Assembly (NCBI GenBank): GCA_015069335.1
Contig: SVIU01000001.1
Coordinates: forward strand, 1,180-65,179
Reading direction: 5' to 3'
DNA: 64,000 nucleotides
Source of the DNA: Clostridiales bacterium
Lineage (GTDB): Bacteria; Bacillota; Clostridia; Christensenellales; UBA1242
Notes under the pieces: model-generated
Database searches by the model: none
Seen by the model: only the letters and a program-made list of their open reading frames with translations
What the model was told of the DNA's origin: nothing
Shown here: positions 47,445-55,866 of the stretch, piece after piece
Layout of the letters: the number at the start of each line of letters is the position of its first letter
Numbering within the stretch: the stretch's first letter is position 1
Made by a program: the position numbers and the translations under genes

Positions 47445-47978
47445 TTAATTTTTTTTGTGTTGCATATATGTCAAAGTAACTGTGCCATATCTTTTGGCGT
47501 CAAAAACCTCAAAAGGTGTGTTTATTTGCAAGGAATTTGGATGTTCGCAAACAATAATGCCCTCGTCATTTAATAGGTTTAAATCATAGATTTTTTGCAA
47601 GGCACCATCATAAACTCCGCTTGCATAAGGTGGATCTAAAATAATCAAATCACATTGTTGGTCAACAAGGTCTAAAGCCTTTAAATAATCGCATGAAATA
47701 ACTTTATGCTCTCCGTCTAAGCCCTTTAAATTTTCTTTTAATAACTTAATACTTCTAGCATCTTTATCAACAAAGAATACCTTTTTTGCGCCACGCGACA
47801 AAGCCTCTATGCCAAGAGCCCCACTACCGGCAAACAAATCCAACACAACACTGTCATTAACAAAAAATTGTAGTTTGGTAAAAAGAGCTTGTTTAACCTT
47901 GTCGCCAGTTGGACGAATATTGTCTGATGATGGCGACTTTAAAACTTTGCCTTTGTATTTTCCGCTTATTACTCTCAT
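47445..47978 (-). CDS. rsmD: 16S rRNA (guanine966-N2)-methyltransferase RsmD
   Basis: MRVISGKYKG, DLFAGSGALGIEALSRGA, DPPY. Confidence 0.9.
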   Translation of the reverse strand: MRVISGKYKGKVLKSPSSDNIRPTGDKVKQALFTKLQFFVNDSVVLDLFAGSGALGIEALSRGAKKVFFVDKDARSIKLLKENLKGLDGEHKVISCDYLKALDLVDQQCDLIILDPPYASGVYDGALQKIYDLNLLNDEGIIVCEHPNSLQINTPFEVFDAKRYGTVTLTYMQHKKN

Positions 47979-48001
47979 AAAGTTATTATACTAAATTTCA
48001 A

Positions 48002-49036
48002 TCAATTAATCAAACATTTTGCTCTAACTTTGCTAAAGTTGGTAAGCGTTTCATAATTGGATGATTTGGTTAGTTTTGTAATTTTGTTTGCGTCATCCAC
48101 AACAACAACTCTATCGCCAATTTTTACAATGTCAGTTTTTATGTCAACCATAAACATATCCATACAAACATTGCCTATTATTTTATAATGTTTATCATTT
48201 ATTTTTACTAAAAGCTTATTTGAACAGCAACGAGGCAAGCCATCTGCATAACCAATTGGAACAAGAGCAATATTTGTTGATTTTTTTAATTTGCACTTGT
48301 TGCCATAACCAATTTGCTCCCACTTTTTGCACGCAGTGATTTTTGTAACTTTGCTTTCTAAGCGCATTACAGGTTTTAAAAATTTGTTGCCATAGCCATA
48401 CAAAAAGTAGCCCACCCTAACCAAATTTACAAAAGATGGAATTTTATAATTTAAAACAAAACTCCCTCCGATATGAACTAAAATATCTTTTGGTGCTAAT
48501 TTGACAAATTGATAAAACATTTTCATTTGCTGATAAAAGTGGCTTGTTTTGCAATCGCCGTCATAGCAGTGGGTAAATATGCCGCACAAACAAAACTGAT
48601 TATTTTGACTTATTATATGCAAAATTTCTTTATACTCTGTTAATGTTTTTATGCCTTCTCTGTTCATTCCTGTATTTATTGCAAGATGAATTTTTGCTTG
48701 CAAGTTTGATTTTTTGCAAATTGCTAAAACTTTTTTTAATTCAAATATATTATCTATGCAAAAATCAATATTTTTGTTAATTATTTTTAAATAATTTTCA
48801 CATTTTCCAAATATTATAATTTTTTTGTTTGTTAATTTACGCAAAGCAAGTGCTTCTGCCTCATTTGCAACACCATAATAATTTAATTTATTATCTAAAA
48901 TTTTAACAAAAGCCTTTAAATTAGAGCCATACGCGTTTGCTTTTACCATTGCACAAATATTATTAAAAATATTATTGCAATAATTAAAATTATTAGTTAA
49001 ATTATCTTTTAATATTATTTTTTTATTTATTGACAT
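48002..49036 (-). CDS. alr: Alanine racemase
   Basis: AMVKANAYG PLP-lysine motif, 344 aa, C-terminal beta domain (GNVCMDMFMVD). No obvious SD before the ATG. Confidence 0.8.
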   Translation of the reverse strand: MSINKKIILKDNLTNNFNYCNNIFNNICAMVKANAYGSNLKAFVKILDNKLNYYGVANEAEALALRKLTNKKIIIFGKCENYLKIINKNIDFCIDNIFELKKVLAICKKSNLQAKIHLAINTGMNREGIKTLTEYKEILHIISQNNQFCLCGIFTHCYDGDCKTSHFYQQMKMFYQFVKLAPKDILVHIGGSFVLNYKIPSFVNLVRVGYFLYGYGNKFLKPVMRLESKVTKITACKKWEQIGYGNKCKLKKSTNIALVPIGYADGLPRCCSNKLLVKINDKHYKIIGNVCMDMFMVDIKTDIVKIGDRVVVVDDANKITKLTKSSNYETLTNFSKVRAKCLIN

Positions 49037-49111
49037 AATATTTAATATTTAATTTTGTTTTATTTTGTTACTTTTTATAGGACAAACACCCCTTCAGTCT
49101 TTTTTGCACAA

Positions 49112-49148
49112 GGCAAAAAATCCAGCTCCCCCTTAAAGTAGGGGGAGC
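49112..49148 (-). terminator. Intrinsic terminator of the cyclase-homolog gene
   Basis: Perfect G+C-rich 8-bp stem GCTCCCCC/GGGGGAGC (49125-49132 with 49141-49148), followed on the minus strand by GGATTTTTTG. Confidence 0.8.
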
Positions 49149-49184
49149 CTAAAAAATTAGATTTCTAGTATTAATTTTAACTCT

Positions 49185-49310
49185 GTTTAGATTACAATTA
49201 TTTGTTTAGGTTACAATTATTTGTTTAGATTACAATTATTTGTTTAGGTTACAATTATTTGTTATGATTACAATTATTTGTTTAAACTTACAACTGCTTG
49301 TTTATGCACT
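49185..49310. repeat. Tandem direct repeat, 19-bp unit GTTTAGRTTACAATTATTT x about 6.5
   Basis: Units at 49185, 49204, 49223, 49242 and 49261 are near-perfect, with A/G alternating at position 7, which gives a 38-bp super-unit. Units at 49280 and 49300 are degenerate and encode the last codons and the TAA of the cyclase homolog. Confidence 0.9.
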
Positions 49311-50685
49311 TGTTGTAAAAAACATAACAAACCTTGTCGTCTTTTTCTTTTTTGTAAACTTCTTCAAACAACTTTTTGGCAGTATCAAATTTGGCGTTGA
49401 TGTATGCCCTGACACCTTGTTCAAATTGAACTTTGTTTTTGATTAGTTTTTCTTTTTTGATTCTTGGATAGGCGTCAAGCGATTCAAACACCGACACAAA
49501 TTCTTTGCCATTTTGTATGTTTCCAATATATCTATAATTTATGCTGATTTTTGAAGAAAGGTCATTGAGCGTGTCTTTTGAAAAAGTTATCATACTTCCA
49601 AACACCTTGTTGACCTCACCAATTTTTGAGGTGATTTCCATTGACTCAGATAGTATGGTTATTGACTTTCTAGTTTCGTCACCAACAACACCAAAAACAA
49701 CTTCGCCTGTGTTGAGAGCCACACCAACTTCTAAATTTGGCATAGAAACATTGCTGTAGTTTTTTTCATTTATCGCTTTAATGATTGCGTGTGCGCAATC
49801 ATAGGCTTGCCTAGATCGAGTAAAAACAGCCATAACACCATCACCCAAATATTTATCAATAAAGCCATTATATTTTTTTATTATGGGCGATACAACATTT
49901 AAGTATGAGTTTATATAATTAAAATTTTCTTCTAAACTGAGTGATGTGCTTACTTGAGAGGAATTTCGTACATCACAAAATAGCGTTGTAACCTCTTTTT
50001 TAACTTGAGTGCCAACCACAAGCTCCAAAAGCGAATTTTTGCCCAAATATTTTACAAACTGCTTTGGAACATATTTGTCAACCTCGACATTTGTTTCTTT
50101 AAGCACTAAATCTTTTCTACGATAGTTGTCATTTATTTTGTTTAGTCCATGCTCTATTTTTTGAAATTGCTTGCCACCGCCAAGTAAAATTTTGTCATTT
50201 ACATTGCCGTCTGACAAACGCTCTATTGCTTGCTCCAATTTTTTTAATGGCTTTGTTATAACTTTAAACATAATAAACACTGCAATTAGATATATGACAG
50301 TGAGCAATATAATCCATAAATAATTATTGCTGTTGTTTACGTCAATTTGCAAAACTTGCTTAACAAGTGAAACTGTATTGTTTTGATAGTTGTTTATTGT
50401 TGCCAAAAAATACACTGCTGTTGCAAAGGTAACGGTGAGCGGAATAACACTAAAAAACAAAACTGCATTTAGTTTTTGACTTTTTAAAAATCTTACATAA
50501 AGTATTGTGCCAAAAATTGCATTGCCAATTCCAAAAGCCAAGGAAATGTATGTTGCTGTGTTTAAATTAAGCCTTAAGCCCTGCTCTGTGATTGAAATTG
50601 ACGAAAAAAAGAAAGCTGATGTTAAAACAGTTCCTACTAACGTAACAAAATATAAAATTAAAAAAACTTTTGTGCTTGTTCTCAT
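49288..50685 (-). CDS. Membrane HAMP / class III nucleotidyl cyclase homolog with C-terminal helical extension
   Basis: Four or more N-terminal TM helices, HAMP-like PLKKLEQAIERLSDGNV, cyclase core TTLFCDVRNSS...IDKYLGDGVMAVF...ALNTGEVVFGVVG. The GDTVNxASR segment reads SESMEITSK. Confidence 0.75.
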   Translation of the reverse strand: MRTSTKVFLILYFVTLVGTVLTSAFFFSSISITEQGLRLNLNTATYISLAFGIGNAIFGTILYVRFLKSQKLNAVLFFSVIPLTVTFATAVYFLATINNYQNNTVSLVKQVLQIDVNNSNNYLWIILLTVIYLIAVFIMFKVITKPLKKLEQAIERLSDGNVNDKILLGGGKQFQKIEHGLNKINDNYRRKDLVLKETNVEVDKYVPKQFVKYLGKNSLLELVVGTQVKKEVTTLFCDVRNSSQVSTSLSLEENFNYINSYLNVVSPIIKKYNGFIDKYLGDGVMAVFTRSRQAYDCAHAIIKAINEKNYSNVSMPNLEVGVALNTGEVVFGVVGDETRKSITILSESMEITSKIGEVNKVFGSMITFSKDTLNDLSSKISINYRYIGNIQNGKEFVSVFESLDAYPRIKKEKLIKNKVQFEQGVRAYINAKFDTAKKLFEEVYKKEKDDKVCYVFYNKCINKQL

Positions 50686-50776
50686 AAATATATTTTTGGT
50701 ATTAGCAAAAAAATTATTCGTTAATTATTTCACAAAAAACATCAACCAATAAAAAAACTTTGTATCAAATTCTCTC

Positions 50777-50805
50777 TTGACATTTTATTGCAAAGTTGTA
50801 TACTT
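50777..50805 (+). promoter_or_regulatory. Near-consensus sigma-A promoter abutting the start codon of kinase-like paralog 1
   Basis: TTGACA (50777-50782), 16/17-nt spacer containing TG, TATACT/ATACTT (50799-50805). ATG at 50812 with no SD in between. Confidence 0.5.
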
Positions 50806-50811
50806 TTTTGT

Positions 50812-51816
50812 ATGGAAAAATATAAAACTTTTTTGATAAAAAACATGGTCAAATTTAATGATATAAAGTTGAAACCAGCAAGAGTGTTAAGCTTAGACCA
50901 AGCAACTGGCAGACGCGGCAAAACTGGTGTTTCTTCTAAAACATTTGGGCAAAAGTGGTTTTTGTTGCCCGAGGGCAAGGCTTTGTTTAAAACTTTTGAC
51001 AGCCTTTATGCTCCTAATCTTGCAAATGTTCGTATGCTTAACGAAGTAATTTGTTATAAACTAGCACAGCAGGTTGGTATGCGTTGTGCTCAATATATTC
51101 CCGCACAACTTGAGCATGGTGACAAGCAATATATTGGCCTTGCAACAATAAACATTTTAAAGCCCAACGAAACTTTTGTTTCTTACAGAGATTTTAGAGC
51201 CTTTGACAGCTCTAGCTACAGTTTAAATATGGTTGATTTTGCTCAGCTTATTGATATATATGCACAAAACGGGACAAACATTAAGAAAAAGGCTTTGCTT
51301 GTTGATATGTACAAAAAAATACTTTTTGACGCCATCACCTTGCAAACAGACAGAAATTCTAACAATTATTGCTTAATTAGAAATAAAAAAACAAACACAT
51401 ATCGTGCTTGCCCTTTGTTTGACAACGAATTTGCTTTTGCTTGTGACCTTTTAAATTTTTTTGACTATAATGGTCTTGTTGATTTTAGAGAAATTTCAGC
51501 AAAACATTCAATTGCTAGCAAAATATTTACTGTTGAATATCAATTTGCATCCACAAACAGATATGCAAATTTGATTAAAGATATTTGCTTTTATGCAAAA
51601 AAATACCCACAACTACATTTGGCTTTTAAGGTATTTATGAATAATATAAACATTGAAAAAGTTTTTGATGAATTGACCGCCGAGGGCTATCAAATTAATG
51701 AAGATTACAAAGAATATGTTTGCGAAATTGTAAACCAATCCAAGCATTTGCTTGCCGAAGCCTTTAAGGTTAAGGTGCCAGCCCATGCCCTTGAAGAAAT
51801 AGAAAGAATATTTTAA
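50812..51816 (+). CDS. HipA/HipT-like kinase-fold protein, paralog 1
   Basis: 334 aa from MEKYKTF. TGVSSKTFGQKW (Gly-rich loop-like), LQTDRNSNNY (cf. HipA D-x-H-x-x-N catalytic loop), CPLFDNEFAF (cf. HipA ..P.YD). The ORF-track start at 50788 is a TTG inside the promoter. Confidence 0.5.
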   Translation: MEKYKTFLIKNMVKFNDIKLKPARVLSLDQATGRRGKTGVSSKTFGQKWFLLPEGKALFKTFDSLYAPNLANVRMLNEVICYKLAQQVGMRCAQYIPAQLEHGDKQYIGLATINILKPNETFVSYRDFRAFDSSSYSLNMVDFAQLIDIYAQNGTNIKKKALLVDMYKKILFDAITLQTDRNSNNYCLIRNKKTNTYRACPLFDNEFAFACDLLNFFDYNGLVDFREISAKHSIASKIFTVEYQFASTNRYANLIKDICFYAKKYPQLHLAFKVFMNNINIEKVFDELTAEGYQINEDYKEYVCEIVNQSKHLLAEAFKVKVPAHALEEIERIF

Positions 51817-51855
51817 TCAAAAAAATTTCCTTTAACTAACTTCAATTTTATATGC

Positions 51856-51884
51856 TTGACAAAATTAATACCAATGTGTATGCT
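51856..51884 (+). promoter_or_regulatory. Near-consensus sigma-A promoter abutting the start codon of kinase-like paralog 2
   Basis: TTGACA (51856-51861), 17-nt spacer ending TGTG, TATGCT (51879-51884). ATG at 51891 with no SD. Confidence 0.5.
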
Positions 51885-51890
51885 TTATGC

Positions 51891-52892
51891 ATGGAAAGAA
51901 AAAAGATATTTTTTTTAAAAAATATAAAAATGTTTAACTTTATAAGACTAAAACCAGCTCGAATTTTAAGCATGGACCAATCAGTTCGCCGAAGAGGAAT
52001 AACCGGTGTGTCTTCTAAAACCTTTGGTAGAAAGTGGTTTTTTATGCCTGAAGGAAAGGCTTTGTTTAAAACATTTGATGGTAGTTATTCTTCTAGCATA
52101 GCAAACATCAGAATGTTAAACGAAATTATTTGTTATAAATTAGCAATGCAAATTGGCATTAGTTGTGCCCAATACATTCCCGCAAACCTTGTCAATCATG
52201 GAAAAAATTATGTTGGCCTTGCTTCTGTTGACATTCTACAGCCAAACGAAACATTTGTTACATATAAAAGTTTTAGGAAAATTCCCGGCTATGACTTTGG
52301 ATTCAATTTAGTTGATTTTTCTCAAATCTTAGATATATATGTGCAAAACGGTGTTAAAATAGATAAACAAGAAATGCTTTTAGATATGTATCAAAAAATA
52401 TTATTTGATGTTATTACATTTCAAACAGACAGAAACATAACAAATTATTGCTTAATAATAAATAAAAAAAACAAATCTTATAGACCATGCCCACTATTTG
52501 ATAATGAATTCGCCTTTGCTTGTGATTATTTAGACACTTTGGACAAACCTTTTATTGATTTTTCTGATATTGTTTCCACGCATTCGTTATTTAGCAAAAT
52601 TTTTACAATAGAATATGAATTAGCTTCTAGTAAGCGATATGCCAACATAATAAGTGATATTTGTTTTTTGGCTAAAAAATATCCCGATATGAATTTAATT
52701 TTAAAAAATACTATGAAAAATTTAAATATAGAACAAGTTTTTTGCGAATTAAAAAATGAAGGCTATGAAATCAATGACGATTATATAACTTATGTTTGTG
52801 AATTAGTTAATAAAGCCAAGGAAATGATTGCAGAAGCTTATAAAATTAAAATACCTAAACAAGAACTTCAAGAATACGATAGAATAAGTTAA
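51891..52892 (+). CDS. HipA/HipT-like kinase-fold protein, paralog 2
   Basis: 333 aa from MERKKIFF. Collinear with paralog 1 along the whole length, with more than half the positions identical by eye. Same three motifs (TGVSSKTFGRKW, FQTDRNITNY, CPLFDNEFAF). Confidence 0.5.
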   Translation: MERKKIFFLKNIKMFNFIRLKPARILSMDQSVRRRGITGVSSKTFGRKWFFMPEGKALFKTFDGSYSSSIANIRMLNEIICYKLAMQIGISCAQYIPANLVNHGKNYVGLASVDILQPNETFVTYKSFRKIPGYDFGFNLVDFSQILDIYVQNGVKIDKQEMLLDMYQKILFDVITFQTDRNITNYCLIINKKNKSYRPCPLFDNEFAFACDYLDTLDKPFIDFSDIVSTHSLFSKIFTIEYELASSKRYANIISDICFLAKKYPDMNLILKNTMKNLNIEQVFCELKNEGYEINDDYITYVCELVNKAKEMIAEAYKIKIPKQELQEYDRIS

Positions 52893-52919
52893 AAAGTCAG
52901 CCGTTTGGCTGACTTTTTT
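52891..52919. terminator. Bidirectional intrinsic terminator between paralog 2 and helD
   Basis: AAAAA-GTCAGCC-GTTT-GGCTGAC-TTTTTT. Confidence 0.85.
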
Positions 52920-52923
52920 CGTT

Positions 52924-54942
52924 TTATAATTGAAACGGTTTTTTGCCGTTGTACAAGAGTGCAAGTTTGTGCATTGCTCTTGTTGAGGCAACATAAAGTG
53001 CTTGTTTGTCTATTTGAGTGCAGTAGTTTTGGTTGTCTACATCAACAACAATAACTGCGTCAAACTCCAAACCTTTTACAAGGAAAGTTGGCGCTAAAAT
53101 TACGCCGTCTTTATAGTCTAAAGTGTCTATTGTTAGGTGGTGGTATTTTATTTTGTCTTTTATTAATTCGTGGAGTTCTTCACATTTTTGAATTGATTTG
53201 CAAAGTATGCCTATTGTTTTGTTGTTTTGCTTTTTGCTCTCTTCTACAAATTCTATTATTTTGTTAATTTTGTCTTGTTGTGTTTTGTATTGAGTCCATG
53301 CAACTTCTTCGCCGTGGCGGTCTACTATTTGAACGTTGGTTCGATTTATTATATTGTTTGCAAAGGTGGTTATTTCATAGGTAGAACGGTAGGATTTGTT
53401 TAAACTTACCATTTGATTTTTTATTGTGTCGAGTTCGTTAAACTCGTCTAGTATGGTTGACTCATAACCTGCAACGTTTTGACCAATGTCTCCAAGAATT
53501 GTTTTAATGCAAGGGAACATTTGGTTTATGATGTAATAATTTAATGGGCTATAGTCTTGGAATTCGTCAATTACAAGGTGCTTGATTTTGTTGTATTTGT
53601 TTGTTCCAAAAAGTTGTTGTTTGATATATAGCAGTGGCACGGCATCTTCAAACTTTATTTTTTTTGTTCTTTTGAAATTTAAGCCATAAGTCTTGTTTAA
53701 GAAGTCATTGTAAATTTCAAATATGTTTGGCACTTTTAGCATGCCATCCAAAATTCTTCTGGCTTTGGCACTTGTGAGTTTTAGTTCTGGCTCGGCGCTG
53801 TCTACAACAAAATCTTTTATCCATTCCATTTTTATGGCAACTGGCTTGTCTTTGTATAATTCAAAGTATAACTGCTCTAGTTTTTCTTTTTTAACAACTA
53901 GGAAATCATCAAAAACAAAATCGGTCGCTTTAAAGTTTTCGTTGAAGTAGTTTTTGCAATAGGCAATTATATCTCTGCAAAACTGCATACTACCCTTTAG
54001 GCTTGCATTTTGAATTTCTAAGTTGTTGTTTAATAGCCTTTCGACCTGTTCCGACTTGGATTCAATTTTTTCTTTTATGCCAAGATTCATTGTGATTAGT
54101 TCATCCATTACCGTTTCGGCTATGTTTTCTTCGCCTAATTCTGGCAAAACGTTTGATATATAATCTGAGAAGAATTTATTGGGTGATATTATTAATATTG
54201 AGTTGGAATTTAATGTGCCTCTATGCTTATATAGCAAGTATGCAATTCTATGAAGCGCAATGCTTGTTTTGCCCGAACCTGCAACACCTTGAACAATCAT
54301 ATTGTTTGGCGAGTCATTTCGAATTATTTGGTTTTGCTCTCTTTGAATTGTAGAAACAATATTTTTCATTTTGTCGCTACTTGTTTTTGCCAAAACTTCT
54401 TGCAAGATTGAATCGTCAATTTTCATATTGCTTTCTAAACAGAAAATAAGTTTGCCATCTTCAATTTTGTATTGCTTTTTGCTGGTTATGTTACCAGTAA
54501 CTTTTTCGTTACCTTCACCAACATAATAATAACCAGGACCAACATCAAAATTGTAATAAAGCTCACTAAATGGAGCGCGCCAGTCTACAACATAAATTTT
54601 GTTGCCGTCTTTTATTCCAGTTAAACCGATTCGGTATGACAATTTCTCGTTGTTTAAATCAAAGTCAATACTTCCAAAATATGGTGATTTTCTTGACGCT
54701 CTGAGTGCAACAATTTGATTGATTTTTTCTTTTGTTTCGTTGTCTAGCATTTCCATTTGAGATTGAGCAAACGCTTTTTCTGCATTATCCATTTCGTAAA
54801 TGCTCTCCCACATATAGTGCTGGGTTTCTTTCATTCGCTCAATGAGATATTTGTTGTCCGATTCTGCTTTTTCAATTTTTGAATCGATATTTGCAAGCAC
54901 CATTTGCAAATAGTCTTTTTCTGCCTGAGTAATATTTGCCAC
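52924..54942 (-). CDS. helD: HelD-type UvrD-like helicase (RNA polymerase recycling factor)
   Basis: HelD N-terminal pattern (PYFGSIDF..., VVDWRAPFSELYY), Walker A GVAGSGKTSIALHR, DEFQD, C-terminal 2A domain (GLEFDAVIV). Confidence 0.8.
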   Translation of the reverse strand: MANITQAEKDYLQMVLANIDSKIEKAESDNKYLIERMKETQHYMWESIYEMDNAEKAFAQSQMEMLDNETKEKINQIVALRASRKSPYFGSIDFDLNNEKLSYRIGLTGIKDGNKIYVVDWRAPFSELYYNFDVGPGYYYVGEGNEKVTGNITSKKQYKIEDGKLIFCLESNMKIDDSILQEVLAKTSSDKMKNIVSTIQREQNQIIRNDSPNNMIVQGVAGSGKTSIALHRIAYLLYKHRGTLNSNSILIISPNKFFSDYISNVLPELGEENIAETVMDELITMNLGIKEKIESKSEQVERLLNNNLEIQNASLKGSMQFCRDIIAYCKNYFNENFKATDFVFDDFLVVKKEKLEQLYFELYKDKPVAIKMEWIKDFVVDSAEPELKLTSAKARRILDGMLKVPNIFEIYNDFLNKTYGLNFKRTKKIKFEDAVPLLYIKQQLFGTNKYNKIKHLVIDEFQDYSPLNYYIINQMFPCIKTILGDIGQNVAGYESTILDEFNELDTIKNQMVSLNKSYRSTYEITTFANNIINRTNVQIVDRHGEEVAWTQYKTQQDKINKIIEFVEESKKQNNKTIGILCKSIQKCEELHELIKDKIKYHHLTIDTLDYKDGVILAPTFLVKGLEFDAVIVVDVDNQNYCTQIDKQALYVASTRAMHKLALLYNGKKPFQL

Positions 54943-55026
54943 TTTTTTACCACCTTTTAATAAAAATTTTTTTGTTCATAGACGAAAAATAAGAGTGTGA
55001 ATAAAAACTATACACACTCTTAAATA

Positions 55027-55320
55027 TCATATATGAGATTTAACAATGTCTAATATTTTTGATATTTGGCTATCGGCTAATTTGTAATAAATTTTATTGC
55101 CGTCCCGCTTTGTATCTACAATATTGACACCTCGCATTATGCTTAACTGATGAGATACAGCACTTTGAGTTGCACCCACAATTTCAACAATTTCAGAAAC
55201 CGATTTTGGTTTTTGTTTGATAGCGAACAGAATTTTCATTCGAGTGGAGTCTGCCATAACCTTGACAAACAAACTCATTTTCATTATTTCTATTTCGCTA
55301 GGTGTTGTTGTTTTTTCCAT
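55027..55320 (-). CDS. ArsR/SmtB-family transcriptional regulator
   Basis: 97 aa. ADSTRMKILFAI...SVSEIVEIVGATQSAVSHQLSIMR wHTH. Confidence 0.85.
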   Translation of the reverse strand: MEKTTTPSEIEIMKMSLFVKVMADSTRMKILFAIKQKPKSVSEIVEIVGATQSAVSHQLSIMRGVNIVDTKRDGNKIYYKLADSQISKILDIVKSHI

Positions 55321-55424
55321 TGTATTTCCACCTTTAAAAATAATGCTTTTTTATTGTATAACATTCAAAAACAAAAAGTCAATCAATTTTTAAAAATAAA
55401 TTTTACTTTTTGTGCAAAAAGTGT

Positions 55425-55865
55425 TTATTCAACATAAAAGCCAATGATGTTTGGGGCAATGTCGGTAATGACTTCTTGATAGTCAATTGTTTTTGAGAGG
55501 TTTGTTTTAAAACCGTTTCGGTATGTTACATAGCCGTTGCTTTCAAAAAAAGCCTTGGCTTGTTGACTGGAATTGTTTAAAACCGAATCTATTTCGTCAA
55601 ATTTGTTTATGTAGGCAAAATATTCAAGTGTTTTTAAAATTGCAGTGGCGTAGCCTTTGTTTTGATAATGCTCTTGTGTTTGTATTGAGTCTAAAAAAAT
55701 GTGTTTTGCTGGCCTATTGAACAACCTAAATTGCGCTGTGCTTACAATTGCGCTTTTGTTGTATGCGTTTATTGTGTAAAGCTGATTTTCTTGATTGTTG
55801 AAAATTTTTATATCATAATTTTCATATTGTAATGGATATTTTTTTGACTTTAGTTTTATAACCAT
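55425..55865 (-). CDS. GNAT-family N-acetyltransferase
   Basis: 146 aa. QNKGYATAIL acetyl-CoA loop (Q/R-x-x-G-x-A) and FFESNGY tail. Confidence 0.6.
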   Translation of the reverse strand: MVIKLKSKKYPLQYENYDIKIFNNQENQLYTINAYNKSAIVSTAQFRLFNRPAKHIFLDSIQTQEHYQNKGYATAILKTLEYFAYINKFDEIDSVLNNSSQQAKAFFESNGYVTYRNGFKTNLSKTIDYQEVITDIAPNIIGFYVE

Positions 55866-55866
55866 T

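Noticed and set aside
49185-49310. The repeat array as a possible CRISPR array.
   Set aside because: The units are directly contiguous with no spacers, the unit is only 19 bp, and there is no leader or cas gene nearby. It is a plain tandem repeat.
50742-50978. A 78-aa minus-strand ORF overlapping the promoter and 5' end of kinase-like paralog 1, considered as a candidate small antitoxin.
   Set aside because: It is antisense to the conserved N-terminus of paralog 1 and has no equivalent opposite paralog 2. It has no SD or HTH-like sequence and an improbable composition.
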